In this document: piece by piece, positions 12,303-21,174 of the stretch
Layout: every line of letters starts with the position of its first letter
Position numbering within the stretch: the stretch's first letter is position 1
Source of the DNA: Dyadobacter sp.
GTDB lineage: Bacteria; Bacteroidota; Bacteroidia; Cytophagales; Spirosomataceae
Direction of reading: 5' to 3'
NCBI RefSeq assembly: GCF_039919315.1
Contig: NZ_JBDSFX010000053.1
Span: 1,120 to 65,119 of the forward strand
DNA: 64,000 nucleotides
Made by a program: the position numbers and the translations under genes
The notes under the pieces: model-generated
Told to the model about the DNA's origin: nothing
Database searches by the model: none
The model's input: only the letters and a program-made list of their open reading frames with translations

Positions 12303-13293
12303 AGCCCTTTTCATGGTGATCGGCATCATTTCACTGGGCTATATGATTTATAGCACAGGGCTGACCGTGATTTGGGAAAACGTTCAGAAAACTGGCATTT
12401 GGTTCGTTCCGGTGATGGGTAGCTGGCTTTTAATTTATATACTCAATGCATTCGCTTTCCGGGCGATCATTCGCGAACCTGAGTTACCAGAAAGCAACCT
12501 GTCATTTTGGGCGGTACTAAGGCTCACCATTTCGGGATATGCGATCAATTACATTACGCCATTTGTGGCGCTGGGTGGAGAGCCCTACCGGATTCTGGAA
12601 TTGAAACCTGCGCTGGGGATACAAAAAGCAACATCGTCGGTGCTGCTATACAGCTTAATGCACATGTTTTCGCATGTGTTGTTCTGGCTGGCTTCGATCT
12701 TGCTGATTGTCGCGGTGGTTCCTTTGAGCAATGTAATGCTGGCGGGATGCGGCGTATTACTGGTTACCGGGCTCGTTTTGGGGTACTGGTTTATTAATGT
12801 GTATAAAAAAGGATTTACGGTCAGCACATTCCGTTTGCTTGAAAAAGTCCCTTTTATCAAAACCAGGGCGCGTGAGTTTGCATTGAAAAATGCTGAAAAC
12901 CTGTACGAAGTGGACGAGCAGATCAGGGTACTGTATGCCGAACGAAGAAATGTGTTTTATGCTTCTTTGTTTTACGAGTTTTTGGCCAGGACGATTGGCT
13001 GTCTTGAAATTTTCTTCACAGCACATGCCATTGGTTTGGAAATGAGTTTGTCGCAATCGCTGATTGTAAGCTCAGGTTCATCATTATTTGCCAATCTGAT
13101 CTTCTTTTTCCCCATGCAGCTGGGTACCCGCGAGGGCGGACTGGCGCTGGCTTTGAGAAGTGTAGGCTTGCCAGCGGCACAGGGGATTTTTATAGGAATA
13201 GTGCTCAGGATCAGGGAGATCGTGTGGATCATCATTGGTTTAGCATTGATTACTAAGAAAGTGAAGGTGAAGGAGGAGGTGGTTTTGCAGTGA
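12283..13293 (+). CDS. Lysylphosphatidylglycerol-synthase-TM (flippase-like) membrane protein
   Basis: Multi-TM; NYITPFVALGGEPYR and PMQLGTREGGL motifs; 20-nt overlap with the upstream gene. Confidence 0.8.
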   Translation: MGTKAYKALFMVIGIISLGYMIYSTGLTVIWENVQKTGIWFVPVMGSWLLIYILNAFAFRAIIREPELPESNLSFWAVLRLTISGYAINYITPFVALGGEPYRILELKPALGIQKATSSVLLYSLMHMFSHVLFWLASILLIVAVVPLSNVMLAGCGVLLVTGLVLGYWFINVYKKGFTVSTFRLLEKVPFIKTRAREFALKNAENLYEVDEQIRVLYAERRNVFYASLFYEFLARTIGCLEIFFTAHAIGLEMSLSQSLIVSSGSSLFANLIFFFPMQLGTREGGLALALRSVGLPAAQGIFIGIVLRIREIVWIIIGLALITKKVKVKEEVVLQ

Positions 13294-13391
13294 GCTTTCG
13301 GCAGTCGGCTTTCGGCTGTCAGCTTTAATATTTGGATTAGTAAATTTTAAGAACTTAATAAATGTCTGACGGCTGACGGCCGACAGCCGAA
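13294..13391. repeat. Inverted heptamer-repeat element (REP-like)
   Basis: Left arm GCTTTCG GCAGTCG GCTTTCG GCTGTCA; right arm GTCTGAC GGCTGAC GGCCGAC AGCCGAA (complementary phase); AT-rich spacer. Confidence 0.7.
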
Positions 13392-13397
13392 GTACAA

Positions 13398-14111
13398 ATG
13401 ACAAAAGGAATTCTACTTGATTACGGCGGTACAATTGATACCAACGGCCTGCATTGGGCCAATGTGTTGTGGGAAAGCTACCAGCATAATCAGGTGAATG
13501 TGGACAGGGATGCGTTCGCAAATGCATATAAGTTCGGAGAGCGGGCATTGGCCATCCAGCCGATCATTGAGCCGCATCACGTTTTCTATGATGTTTTGTT
13601 CCTGAAAGTTGAGCAGCAATTCGCTTTTTTGAAAGAGAACGGACACCAGGTAAATGATGCTGCGATTGAAGCAATTGCGAATGAATGTAACCTTTTTGCA
13701 CGCACTACTGTTGAAAAAGCTGCGCCGGTTTTAGCACAACTGTCGCAAAGTTACCCTCTCGTGATGGTTTCCAATTTTTATGGAAACATTCAGAACGTTT
13801 TGAAGGATTTTGGCATTGCCCATTACTTTCAGGCTGTGGTTGAATCTGCTGTCGTCGGTGTCCGGAAACCCGATCCGCAAATTTACAAGCTGGGAATTGA
13901 TTCGCTCGGCTTTCTTCCTGAGGAATGCGTGGTGATCGGGGATTCTTATTCCAAAGACATTTTACCCGCAAAAGCATTGGGCTGCAAAGCATTATGGCTT
14001 AATGTGAAAGGCTGGGAAGATGCCGCTGACCACGAGCAGAAAGTTTCGGTTGCAGATGTTGAGATCACAGATTTTAACCAGACGCCGGACGCAATAAGAA
14101 GTCTGGATTAG
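13398..14111 (+). CDS. HAD-superfamily hydrolase (phosphatase)
   Basis: LLDYGGTIDT motif I, VSNF motif II, RKPDP motif III, GDSYSKD motif IV. Confidence 0.9.
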   Translation: MTKGILLDYGGTIDTNGLHWANVLWESYQHNQVNVDRDAFANAYKFGERALAIQPIIEPHHVFYDVLFLKVEQQFAFLKENGHQVNDAAIEAIANECNLFARTTVEKAAPVLAQLSQSYPLVMVSNFYGNIQNVLKDFGIAHYFQAVVESAVVGVRKPDPQIYKLGIDSLGFLPEECVVIGDSYSKDILPAKALGCKALWLNVKGWEDAADHEQKVSVADVEITDFNQTPDAIRSLD

Positions 14112-14168
14112 TTGTCAACTTTTGTCATGGCAAGAAGGGCTATGATGAAATTAAATTAAAAAATTACC

Positions 14169-15077
14169 ATGTACGACATTTGCACCATAGGGCACATTAC
14201 ACTGGATAAGGTAGTTACGGCCCAATCTGTCAAATACATGCCCGGCGGTACCTCGTTTTATTTTTCAAAAGCGCTCAGGCAATTTGACCTGAAATATATG
14301 CTGGTGACGGCATTGGCGGAGGAGGAAAGTCATATCGTAGCAGGTTTGAGAGACGAGAACATTGAGGTTTTTTCTCAAAACAGCCCCTATACCGTTTACT
14401 TCGAAAATATTTACAGTGCCAATCAGGACCACCGTGAACAGAATGTGCTGCACAAAGCCGCCCCATTCACAGTAGCGCAAATGCCCGCGATTGACGCCAA
14501 GATATTTCACCTCGGCCCGTTGCTTTCGGATGATATCGCTGTCGATCTGTTAAAATCACTCGCTTCCAAAGGAATGGTTTCACTGGATATTCAGGGATAC
14601 CTGCGATATGTGAAGGACAAAAAGGTGTTTTACGAAGACTGGGCTAATAAAAAAGAAGCCTTGCAACATGTTTCCATTCTCAAAGCGAATGAATTTGAAA
14701 TGGAGGTAGTAACAGGCACCAGCGATGTACGCGAAGGCGCACAGTACCTGGCCGACCTGGGAGTGAAAGAAGTGATCATTACGCTTGGCAGCAAAGGTTC
14801 ATTGATCTTCAAAGACAACCATTTTTTCCGGATACCGGCTTTTAAGCCATCGGCAGTAGTGGATGCGACAGGTTGTGGCGATACCTATATGGCCGGATAC
14901 CTGAGTAAAAAAGTAGCGGGAGCAGGTGTGCAGGAAGCGGGCGAATTCGGTGCGGCCATGGCTACATTGAAAATCCAGTCTTCCGGACCATTTTCGGGGG
15001 ATACCGGAATGGTGGAAGAAGTGCTCCGGTATGGTGAATGTGACAGAGAAGTGATTGCCCAGGCAATTTATTTATAG
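14169..15077 (+). CDS. PfkB/ribokinase-family sugar or polyol kinase
   Basis: IGHITLD, PGGTSFY, LDIQG, KANEFE, ITLGSKGS, DATGCGDTY. Confidence 0.9.
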   Translation: MYDICTIGHITLDKVVTAQSVKYMPGGTSFYFSKALRQFDLKYMLVTALAEEESHIVAGLRDENIEVFSQNSPYTVYFENIYSANQDHREQNVLHKAAPFTVAQMPAIDAKIFHLGPLLSDDIAVDLLKSLASKGMVSLDIQGYLRYVKDKKVFYEDWANKKEALQHVSILKANEFEMEVVTGTSDVREGAQYLADLGVKEVIITLGSKGSLIFKDNHFFRIPAFKPSAVVDATGCGDTYMAGYLSKKVAGAGVQEAGEFGAAMATLKIQSSGPFSGDTGMVEEVLRYGECDREVIAQAIYL

Positions 15078-15092
15078 ACGCTTACAACAGTT

Positions 15093-15665
15093 ATGAGATA
15101 CGTAGTCAGCATGTTAATGGCATTGTGCCTGTTGCTTGTTTCGTATTCAGGTAGTTTTTCTTTGGATAAAAAATCGAGTGGAACGGTAGCAGAGCCAGAC
15201 GAATTTCCGATACCGAAGAATGTCCCCGGATTGCTTTTTTATATTCAGCGTGACCCGAATACGAATACAATAGTTTACCAGCTTAACTTCGATCAGCAGG
15301 GCCGGTTAAGTGAGAAGAATCCTGTAAATACGTTCTGGATCCGTTATCCGGAAGGAGGAGGCCGGAAGGAGCTTAACTACCTGCAGCGGAAATTTGCTTA
15401 TGGGATTAATTCCAAAGCAATCGGTAATGCAACGTATGAGCTCAGGTCTGTCGCTTACTCCAAGATGCCGCTGTATCTGCGCAGAGACAACAAGAATGAG
15501 TACCATGTTTATGCCAACATCGACAAAAAGGAGTGTATCCTCAGCCGGGTTTTTATCCGGATCGATGGTGGGACATTTTGGTCGCCCAATGTTTTATATA
15601 TAGAACTGAAAGGCACTGAAACAGCCACGGGTAAAACCGTTATTCAACGTATAAAACCTTCGTGA
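15093..15665 (+). CDS. DUF4833-like secreted protein
   Basis: N-terminal signal-like segment; LFYIQRDPNTNTIVY, LNYLQRKFAYG and GTFWSPNVLYIEL motifs. Confidence 0.65.
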   Translation: MRYVVSMLMALCLLLVSYSGSFSLDKKSSGTVAEPDEFPIPKNVPGLLFYIQRDPNTNTIVYQLNFDQQGRLSEKNPVNTFWIRYPEGGGRKELNYLQRKFAYGINSKAIGNATYELRSVAYSKMPLYLRRDNKNEYHVYANIDKKECILSRVFIRIDGGTFWSPNVLYIELKGTETATGKTVIQRIKPS

Positions 15666-15821
15666 CATGGCTTGATGTTGGTGTTTCATTCTTCGTTTCG
15701 TACCGGTGATCATAGAAATCGTCGGTTATCGGGGTAAGTGGTATGATTTTATACCAAGGTTATGAGCTGCCTATGCTATCTTGTGCTCGGACAAATCTCA
15801 CTCAATTTAACCTACTAACTT

Positions 15822-16574
15822 ATGAAGAATGTTGGAAACGCTACTCAGGACCAGGTATTCAAGGACGAAATCATGAAAGTGTCCGATTTTAAATTCGGAA
15901 CAACAGTGGTAAACGTCTTTGACGACATGGTGAGCAGATCAGTACCGTTTTACAATGAAACCCAGCGGATGCTGGCGGAAATTGCGGCTGATCATGTGAA
16001 TGAAGGAAGTTTCGTGTACGATTTGGGTTGCTCTACAGGAACCACGCTCATTGAGGTGGACAAGCTGATACCCTCCGACATCCGGTTTATCGGCATCGAC
16101 GAGTCAAAGGAAATGTTGGACAAATGTGATCTGAAGTTGCAAGAAGCTGGTTTTGCCCGCCCTTACGATCTCATACCCGCAGACTTGCATCAGGAAGAAC
16201 TTCCGATCCACAATGCCTCGGTAGTGATTTTGTGCCTGACACTTCAGTTTGTACGTCCGCTTTACCGGGAGCGGCTGCTGCGTAACATTTACAATGGTCT
16301 GAATCCTGGCGGCGTGCTGCTGCTCGTGGAAAAAGTGCTGGCCGAAAGCAGTGTTTTTAATCGTGATTTTATCAAATACTATTACAACTACAAACGCCGC
16401 AATCATTACAGCGAAATGGAGATCTCGCAGAAACGCGAGGCGCTTGAAAATGTACTGATTCCCTATAAGTTATCTGAAAATATGCTCCTGTTGAAAGAAA
16501 CAGGCTTCGCCGATTGCGAGGTATTTTTCAAATGGTATAATTTTTCAGGAATGATAGCTTACAAAAAATCATGA
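15822..16574 (+). CDS. cmoA: Carboxy-S-adenosyl-L-methionine synthase (CmoA family)
   Basis: FDDMVSRSVPFY, YDLGCSTG, LTLQFV, EISQKREALENVL (keeps the Arg equivalent to the Cx-SAM-determining Arg of E. coli CmoA), FFKWYNF. Confidence 0.85.
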   Translation: MKNVGNATQDQVFKDEIMKVSDFKFGTTVVNVFDDMVSRSVPFYNETQRMLAEIAADHVNEGSFVYDLGCSTGTTLIEVDKLIPSDIRFIGIDESKEMLDKCDLKLQEAGFARPYDLIPADLHQEELPIHNASVVILCLTLQFVRPLYRERLLRNIYNGLNPGGVLLLVEKVLAESSVFNRDFIKYYYNYKRRNHYSEMEISQKREALENVLIPYKLSENMLLLKETGFADCEVFFKWYNFSGMIAYKKS

Positions 16575-17299
16575 TCACGATCGGTAATTTCTTTTTCACA
16601 TATAGGAACATCTTATTCATAGTCCTGTATCTGTTGCTTTTTATACCCTCTCCAATGCTTTTCAGTCCGGAAGTATTTGGCGAGAAATATTATCTTTTTC
16701 CAATCATCCTGGGTTTGGCGGTCACTTTTGCCGGTGAGCTTATCCGTGGCATTACCATTGGGCTGGCCTACATTATCCGGGGTGGCAAGGACAGGAAAGT
16801 GTACGCCGAAAAGCTGGTGACTGAGGGTATTTTCAGGCATTGCCGGAACCCGCTTTATGTAGGGAATATACTCATGCTGCTCGGTGTAGGAATTTTGTCC
16901 AACTCGTTGATTTATGTAGCGATCGTGATGCCTTTGTTCCTTTTTATTTATCAAACCATCGTGCTGGCAGAGGAAAATTTCCTGCGCAACAAGTTTGGCG
17001 TGGATTTTGACAACTACTGCAAACGCGTAAATCGCTGGCTGATCAATTTTAATGGTCTTTCGGAAACATTCAGCGGTATGCAGTTCAATTACAAACGCTG
17101 GATCTTGAAAGAGTATAATACATTGCTGGTCTGGCTGATAGGAATTTTTGCTCTATTGCTGTTCACGTACCCGCAGGTCGTACCGGACGTAAATTCCAGA
17201 AATACTTTGTTTGGCGTGATCGTGGTTTTCTTGCTGTTGGTATACGGCTATATCAAATATCTAAAAAAGTCAGGGAAGATGACCGATAGCATGGCCTGA
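16571..17299 (+). CDS. ICMT/PEMT-family integral membrane methyltransferase (LmtA-like N-terminus)
   Basis: GNFFFTYRN, GELIR, LVTEGIFRHCRNPLYVGN, EENFLRNKFG..F..Y...V.RW; ATGA overlap with cmoA. Confidence 0.8.
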   Translation: MITIGNFFFTYRNILFIVLYLLLFIPSPMLFSPEVFGEKYYLFPIILGLAVTFAGELIRGITIGLAYIIRGGKDRKVYAEKLVTEGIFRHCRNPLYVGNILMLLGVGILSNSLIYVAIVMPLFLFIYQTIVLAEENFLRNKFGVDFDNYCKRVNRWLINFNGLSETFSGMQFNYKRWILKEYNTLLVWLIGIFALLLFTYPQVVPDVNSRNTLFGVIVVFLLLVYGYIKYLKKSGKMTDSMA

Positions 17300-17335
17300 A
17301 ACCTCAAACAACCCCCTATATTAATTAACTAAATT

Positions 17336-18613
17336 ATGAAAATCGTAATCATTGGAGGAGGATTCGCCGGTGTAAACCTGGCGCTTGATCTTGCAAAAAG
17401 CAGCCAGTTCGAGGTGACGCTGGTGGATAAAAATAATTATAATTTTTTCCCGCCGCTGATTTACCAGGTAGCTACGGCCTTCCTAGAACCTTCCAGTATC
17501 AGTTATCCGTTCCGCAAGCTTTTTTCGGGAAAAGAAAACCTTCACTTCCGTTTGGGAGAATTATTGAAGGTAATTCCAGGCGAAAATAAGATTGTGCTGG
17601 ATAATGGTGAAATGGATTACGATTTTTTGGTTTTTGCAACCGGGGCGGAGACCAATTTCTTTGGCATGGAGAATGTGAAAAGGAACGCCACACCCATGAA
17701 AACCCTGGAAGACGCGATTGGCATGCGGAACAAGATGCTCATGCAAATGGAAAAAGCCACGCTGACCGAAGATCCTGCGGAAGTTAAAAAACTGCTGACC
17801 GTCGTCATTGCCGGAGGCGGGCCAACAGGAGTGGAGATATCAGGCATGTTTGCAGAAATGCGCAATGGTATCCTGCGGAAAGAGTACCCCGAGCTGGCGG
17901 GTAAAGGAAGTGAAATTTACCTCGTGGACGGTGGCGACGCATTGCTATCACCCATGAGCGTCAAATCACAGAAGGATACCTACGAAGCGCTTCGCAAGCT
18001 GGGTGTCAAGATAAAGCTGAATACGCACGTAGCCGATTTTGTGGATGATAAAGTGTTCTTCTCGGAAGGGGACTCTATTGAAAGCAAAACGCTGATATGG
18101 GCGGCCGGCGTCACAGGCAAAGTATTTGAAGGTATTCCGCCGGAAGCGTACGGACGAGGAAGAAGGCTGATCGTAGACGCGTATAACAAAGTAGCTGGCT
18201 CTTACAACATTTACGCAATAGGCGATGCCAGCCTACAGACGACGGATGCAAATTTCCCGAATGGCCATCCGCAGGTGGCACAGGTTGCCATCCAGCAGGG
18301 CAAAAACCTGGCAAGGAATTTCGAGCTCGTGGCCGAGCATTTACCATTGAAGCCATTTGCTTACCACGATAAAGGTTCGATGGCTATCATTGGACGCGCC
18401 AAAGCCGTGGTCGATATGCCTTCGCCGAAGCTGCATTTCAAAGGAGTTATTGCCTGGCTTGCCTGGTTGTTCATTCACCTTGTTTCGCTGATCAACCACC
18501 GCAACAGGATGAAGACGCTGTATAACTGGATGATCGCTTATTTCACAAAGGATCAGTCGCTCAGGATGATCATTAAGCCGTCGGTCACCCAGGAGAAAGT
18601 CGAATCGGTTTAA
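17336..18613 (+). CDS. ndh: Type II NADH dehydrogenase
   Basis: IVIIGGGFAG, FPPLIYQVATA, IAGGGPTGVE, AIGDA, AQVAIQQG, DKGSMAIIGR. Confidence 0.92.
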   Translation: MKIVIIGGGFAGVNLALDLAKSSQFEVTLVDKNNYNFFPPLIYQVATAFLEPSSISYPFRKLFSGKENLHFRLGELLKVIPGENKIVLDNGEMDYDFLVFATGAETNFFGMENVKRNATPMKTLEDAIGMRNKMLMQMEKATLTEDPAEVKKLLTVVIAGGGPTGVEISGMFAEMRNGILRKEYPELAGKGSEIYLVDGGDALLSPMSVKSQKDTYEALRKLGVKIKLNTHVADFVDDKVFFSEGDSIESKTLIWAAGVTGKVFEGIPPEAYGRGRRLIVDAYNKVAGSYNIYAIGDASLQTTDANFPNGHPQVAQVAIQQGKNLARNFELVAEHLPLKPFAYHDKGSMAIIGRAKAVVDMPSPKLHFKGVIAWLAWLFIHLVSLINHRNRMKTLYNWMIAYFTKDQSLRMIIKPSVTQEKVESV

Positions 18614-18672
18614 AAGTATTCAATTTCAACGTTTAAGGTTGGGAGTTTGATAAAAAACACCCAATTTTAATT

Positions 18673-18710
18673 GCCGGTAAGCTACCAGTCAACACCGGTA
18701 GCTTACCGGC
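18673..18710. repeat. Perfect 14-bp inverted repeat (hairpin)
   Basis: GCCGGTAAGCTACC-N10-GGTAGCTTACCGGC; no U-tract follows; ends 15 nt before the next ATG. Confidence 0.8.
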
Positions 18711-18725
18711 CTATACATATATTCC

Positions 18726-21131
18726 ATGGAACCGATCACTATTGATGTTACACAAAACACACCATACGGTCTCCAGAAAATTGACTCTTCAATTTCTTTC
18801 GGAAAATTTATAGATTTTCTGGAAGGTAAAATAGATCAGGAACAAACGGTCAAAAGGACCTTTTTCTCGATGGCTCTCGAAAGACTGAAAGCCAATCCGG
18901 CATTTGAATCGGAAATAGAACTATCCGACATCAGCCAGTTTCAGGAAGAATTAGGGTTGATCTACGGCATGCTAATGCCGCCCATTGCTGACGAGAAGGA
19001 CGTTTTCTGGGCTATGAGTGCCCCACTTACCCCTGTTGTATTTTACGGTACTACCGGTTTTTACAACCTCGTGACTGAAAACGAGACAAGGTGCATTAAA
19101 TGCGACCTGATCGAGGACCAGGGCGTAAATATCAAGCAGAAAACCAAGATGCTGTACTCCTTTATTCTGGAACGCCTCTATCATTTTCCGCCATTGCACC
19201 AGAATGATATGATCATCACATTAAAGGATGATGTGTCAGGAATGCAGAAGTACTATCGCCTCAATCTCGACAACCGTTTCTGTGATGTGTACGCGAAAGG
19301 CAGCCTGCCTGAGCTGGATCTCGATTCGATTCGGGCGGATATGCAGGAATCTTTCGATATTGACACATTCACGACGCTGCTTCCGCATTCCTTGTTCAGG
19401 TTTGAGGGATTTTCACTGATAACCCTTACGGATGTTACCGCGGAACATGCAGTTGAAAATATCAAAAACACGATCCTGGATCGCGCTTCCTATGATCCCA
19501 AAACGTATTTCAACTACGTCGCCGGTGCATTGAAAATGGTCGTGGAAAACCCGCGCATTGATTTCGGCCTGATGGCCGTGCTGCGGGTCAATAATAAGCT
19601 TGTGTTCGACCGGAGCAGTATGCTTTTCAGCAAGCTGATGTCGGCGGCCACCGAGAGTGATATGGCGGAGGAAACCTACCTGAATATGGCAAACCATTAT
19701 TTTCAGTCCCCGAAGCCATTGCTGATGCGTAGCCTGGGCTCCGAGGATGAGAACAAGCAGGATTTTATCAGGATACTGAAAAACGACGGGGTTGAATCCT
19801 ATGCATTGCTGCCGGTTTACTACGATAATAAAGTCGTTGGCGTGCTGGAAGTGTATTCCAAGGAGCAAAAGGCCATTGACGAGAGGGTACTTGCCAAGCT
19901 GGATGTAGCATTGCCGTTGGTCGCTCAGATCATGAAAAACCACATTGACGAGTTCAATGCCGAAATTGAAAATGTGATCAGGGAGAAATTTACCTCTTTG
20001 CAGCCCGCCGTACAATGGCGGTTTCGCGAGACTGCCTGGCACTACCTCAGAGATAAATCGGTGAACCCGCAATCTGCCTCCATTGAAAATATCCATTTCA
20101 AAAATGTGTATCCGCTTTACGGCGCAATCGACATACGGAATTCCACGTTGGAGAGGAACAGCGCACTCAGGGATGATTTACAATTACAATTCAACTTATT
20201 GATAGAAACCTTTACTTTCCTGAAACAAAAACTGGGATTCGGGCTGGCCGATGAAATGATCTACAAATGCAAGAAATGGATTGCAGAAATAGGCGACGAT
20301 TCCACGGACAATGATGAAATGAAAGTGAGGGATTTTCTGGAAAATGAAGCACATCCTTTTTTGCAGCATTTCAAGGAAGACAGTTTGCAGCGGGCCGTTT
20401 TTGGAAATGGTACCGCTGATCCTGCCGAAAAATTACTGAGGGATAATATCGATAAATATTTCGCGATCATCGATGAGCAAAATGGCGCTGCTTACACCAA
20501 CAGGCGTGCATTGGAAGCGTCCATGCAGAAGATTAATTCGGCTGTCAATCTCTATCTGGACCTGTTCAGAAAGGAAATTCAGCAATCCTACCCCTGTTAT
20601 TTCGAAAAATTCAGGACGGATGGCATTGAATATGACATTTACATTGGTCAGTCTATTGAACCGGAAAAAAAATTCAGCGAGCTTTATCTGAAAAATATCA
20701 GACTGTGGCAGCTTACCTCCATGGCGGCGATCGCGAGGATCACCCATTCGCTTATTCCGCAGATGGAGAAACCATTGGAAACCACGCAGTTAATATTCAT
20801 TCATTCCAGTAGCATCGACATTAGTTTCAGGGATGATGAACGACGTTTTGATGTGGAAGGTGCCTACAATATAAGGTACCAGGTGATTAAAAAGCGCATC
20901 GATAAGGTACACATTAAAGGTACCGGTGAGCGCCTGACCCAGCCGGGTAAAATTGCATTGGTATATTTCAATAGTAAATCTGCCGAAGAATATGTAGGCT
21001 ATATCCGGTATTTGCAGGAAAAAAATACTTTAATGAATGATCTTGAATTCCTGGATCTTGAAGAATTGCAGGGTGTAAGTGGTTTGAAAGCGCTGAGAAT
21101 AAGTGTGAACCTGGATTCGGAATGGAGTTAA
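18726..21131 (+). CDS. GAF-domain protein with putative divergent class III nucleotide-cyclase C-terminal region
   Basis: GAF-like LLPVYYDNKVVGVLEVYS; C-terminal LYGAIDIRNST, FEKFRTDGIEY, FDVEGAYNIR. Confidence 0.6.
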   Translation: MEPITIDVTQNTPYGLQKIDSSISFGKFIDFLEGKIDQEQTVKRTFFSMALERLKANPAFESEIELSDISQFQEELGLIYGMLMPPIADEKDVFWAMSAPLTPVVFYGTTGFYNLVTENETRCIKCDLIEDQGVNIKQKTKMLYSFILERLYHFPPLHQNDMIITLKDDVSGMQKYYRLNLDNRFCDVYAKGSLPELDLDSIRADMQESFDIDTFTTLLPHSLFRFEGFSLITLTDVTAEHAVENIKNTILDRASYDPKTYFNYVAGALKMVVENPRIDFGLMAVLRVNNKLVFDRSSMLFSKLMSAATESDMAEETYLNMANHYFQSPKPLLMRSLGSEDENKQDFIRILKNDGVESYALLPVYYDNKVVGVLEVYSKEQKAIDERVLAKLDVALPLVAQIMKNHIDEFNAEIENVIREKFTSLQPAVQWRFRETAWHYLRDKSVNPQSASIENIHFKNVYPLYGAIDIRNSTLERNSALRDDLQLQFNLLIETFTFLKQKLGFGLADEMIYKCKKWIAEIGDDSTDNDEMKVRDFLENEAHPFLQHFKEDSLQRAVFGNGTADPAEKLLRDNIDKYFAIIDEQNGAAYTNRRALEASMQKINSAVNLYLDLFRKEIQQSYPCYFEKFRTDGIEYDIYIGQSIEPEKKFSELYLKNIRLWQLTSMAAIARITHSLIPQMEKPLETTQLIFIHSSSIDISFRDDERRFDVEGAYNIRYQVIKKRIDKVHIKGTGERLTQPGKIALVYFNSKSAEEYVGYIRYLQEKNTLMNDLEFLDLEELQGVSGLKALRISVNLDSEWS

Positions 21132-21174
21132 TAGCAGCGTAACGAAGCGTTTATAATATATAATTGACCTTTCT

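Noticed and set aside
13294-13391. CRISPR array or IS end
   Set aside because: Units are 7 nt with no unique spacers; no cas or transposase gene in the window.
15822-16574. Plain tRNA cmo5U modification role
   Set aside because: Not excluded, but no cmoB is adjacent and the gene is coupled to a membrane methyltransferase; kept as the null hypothesis.
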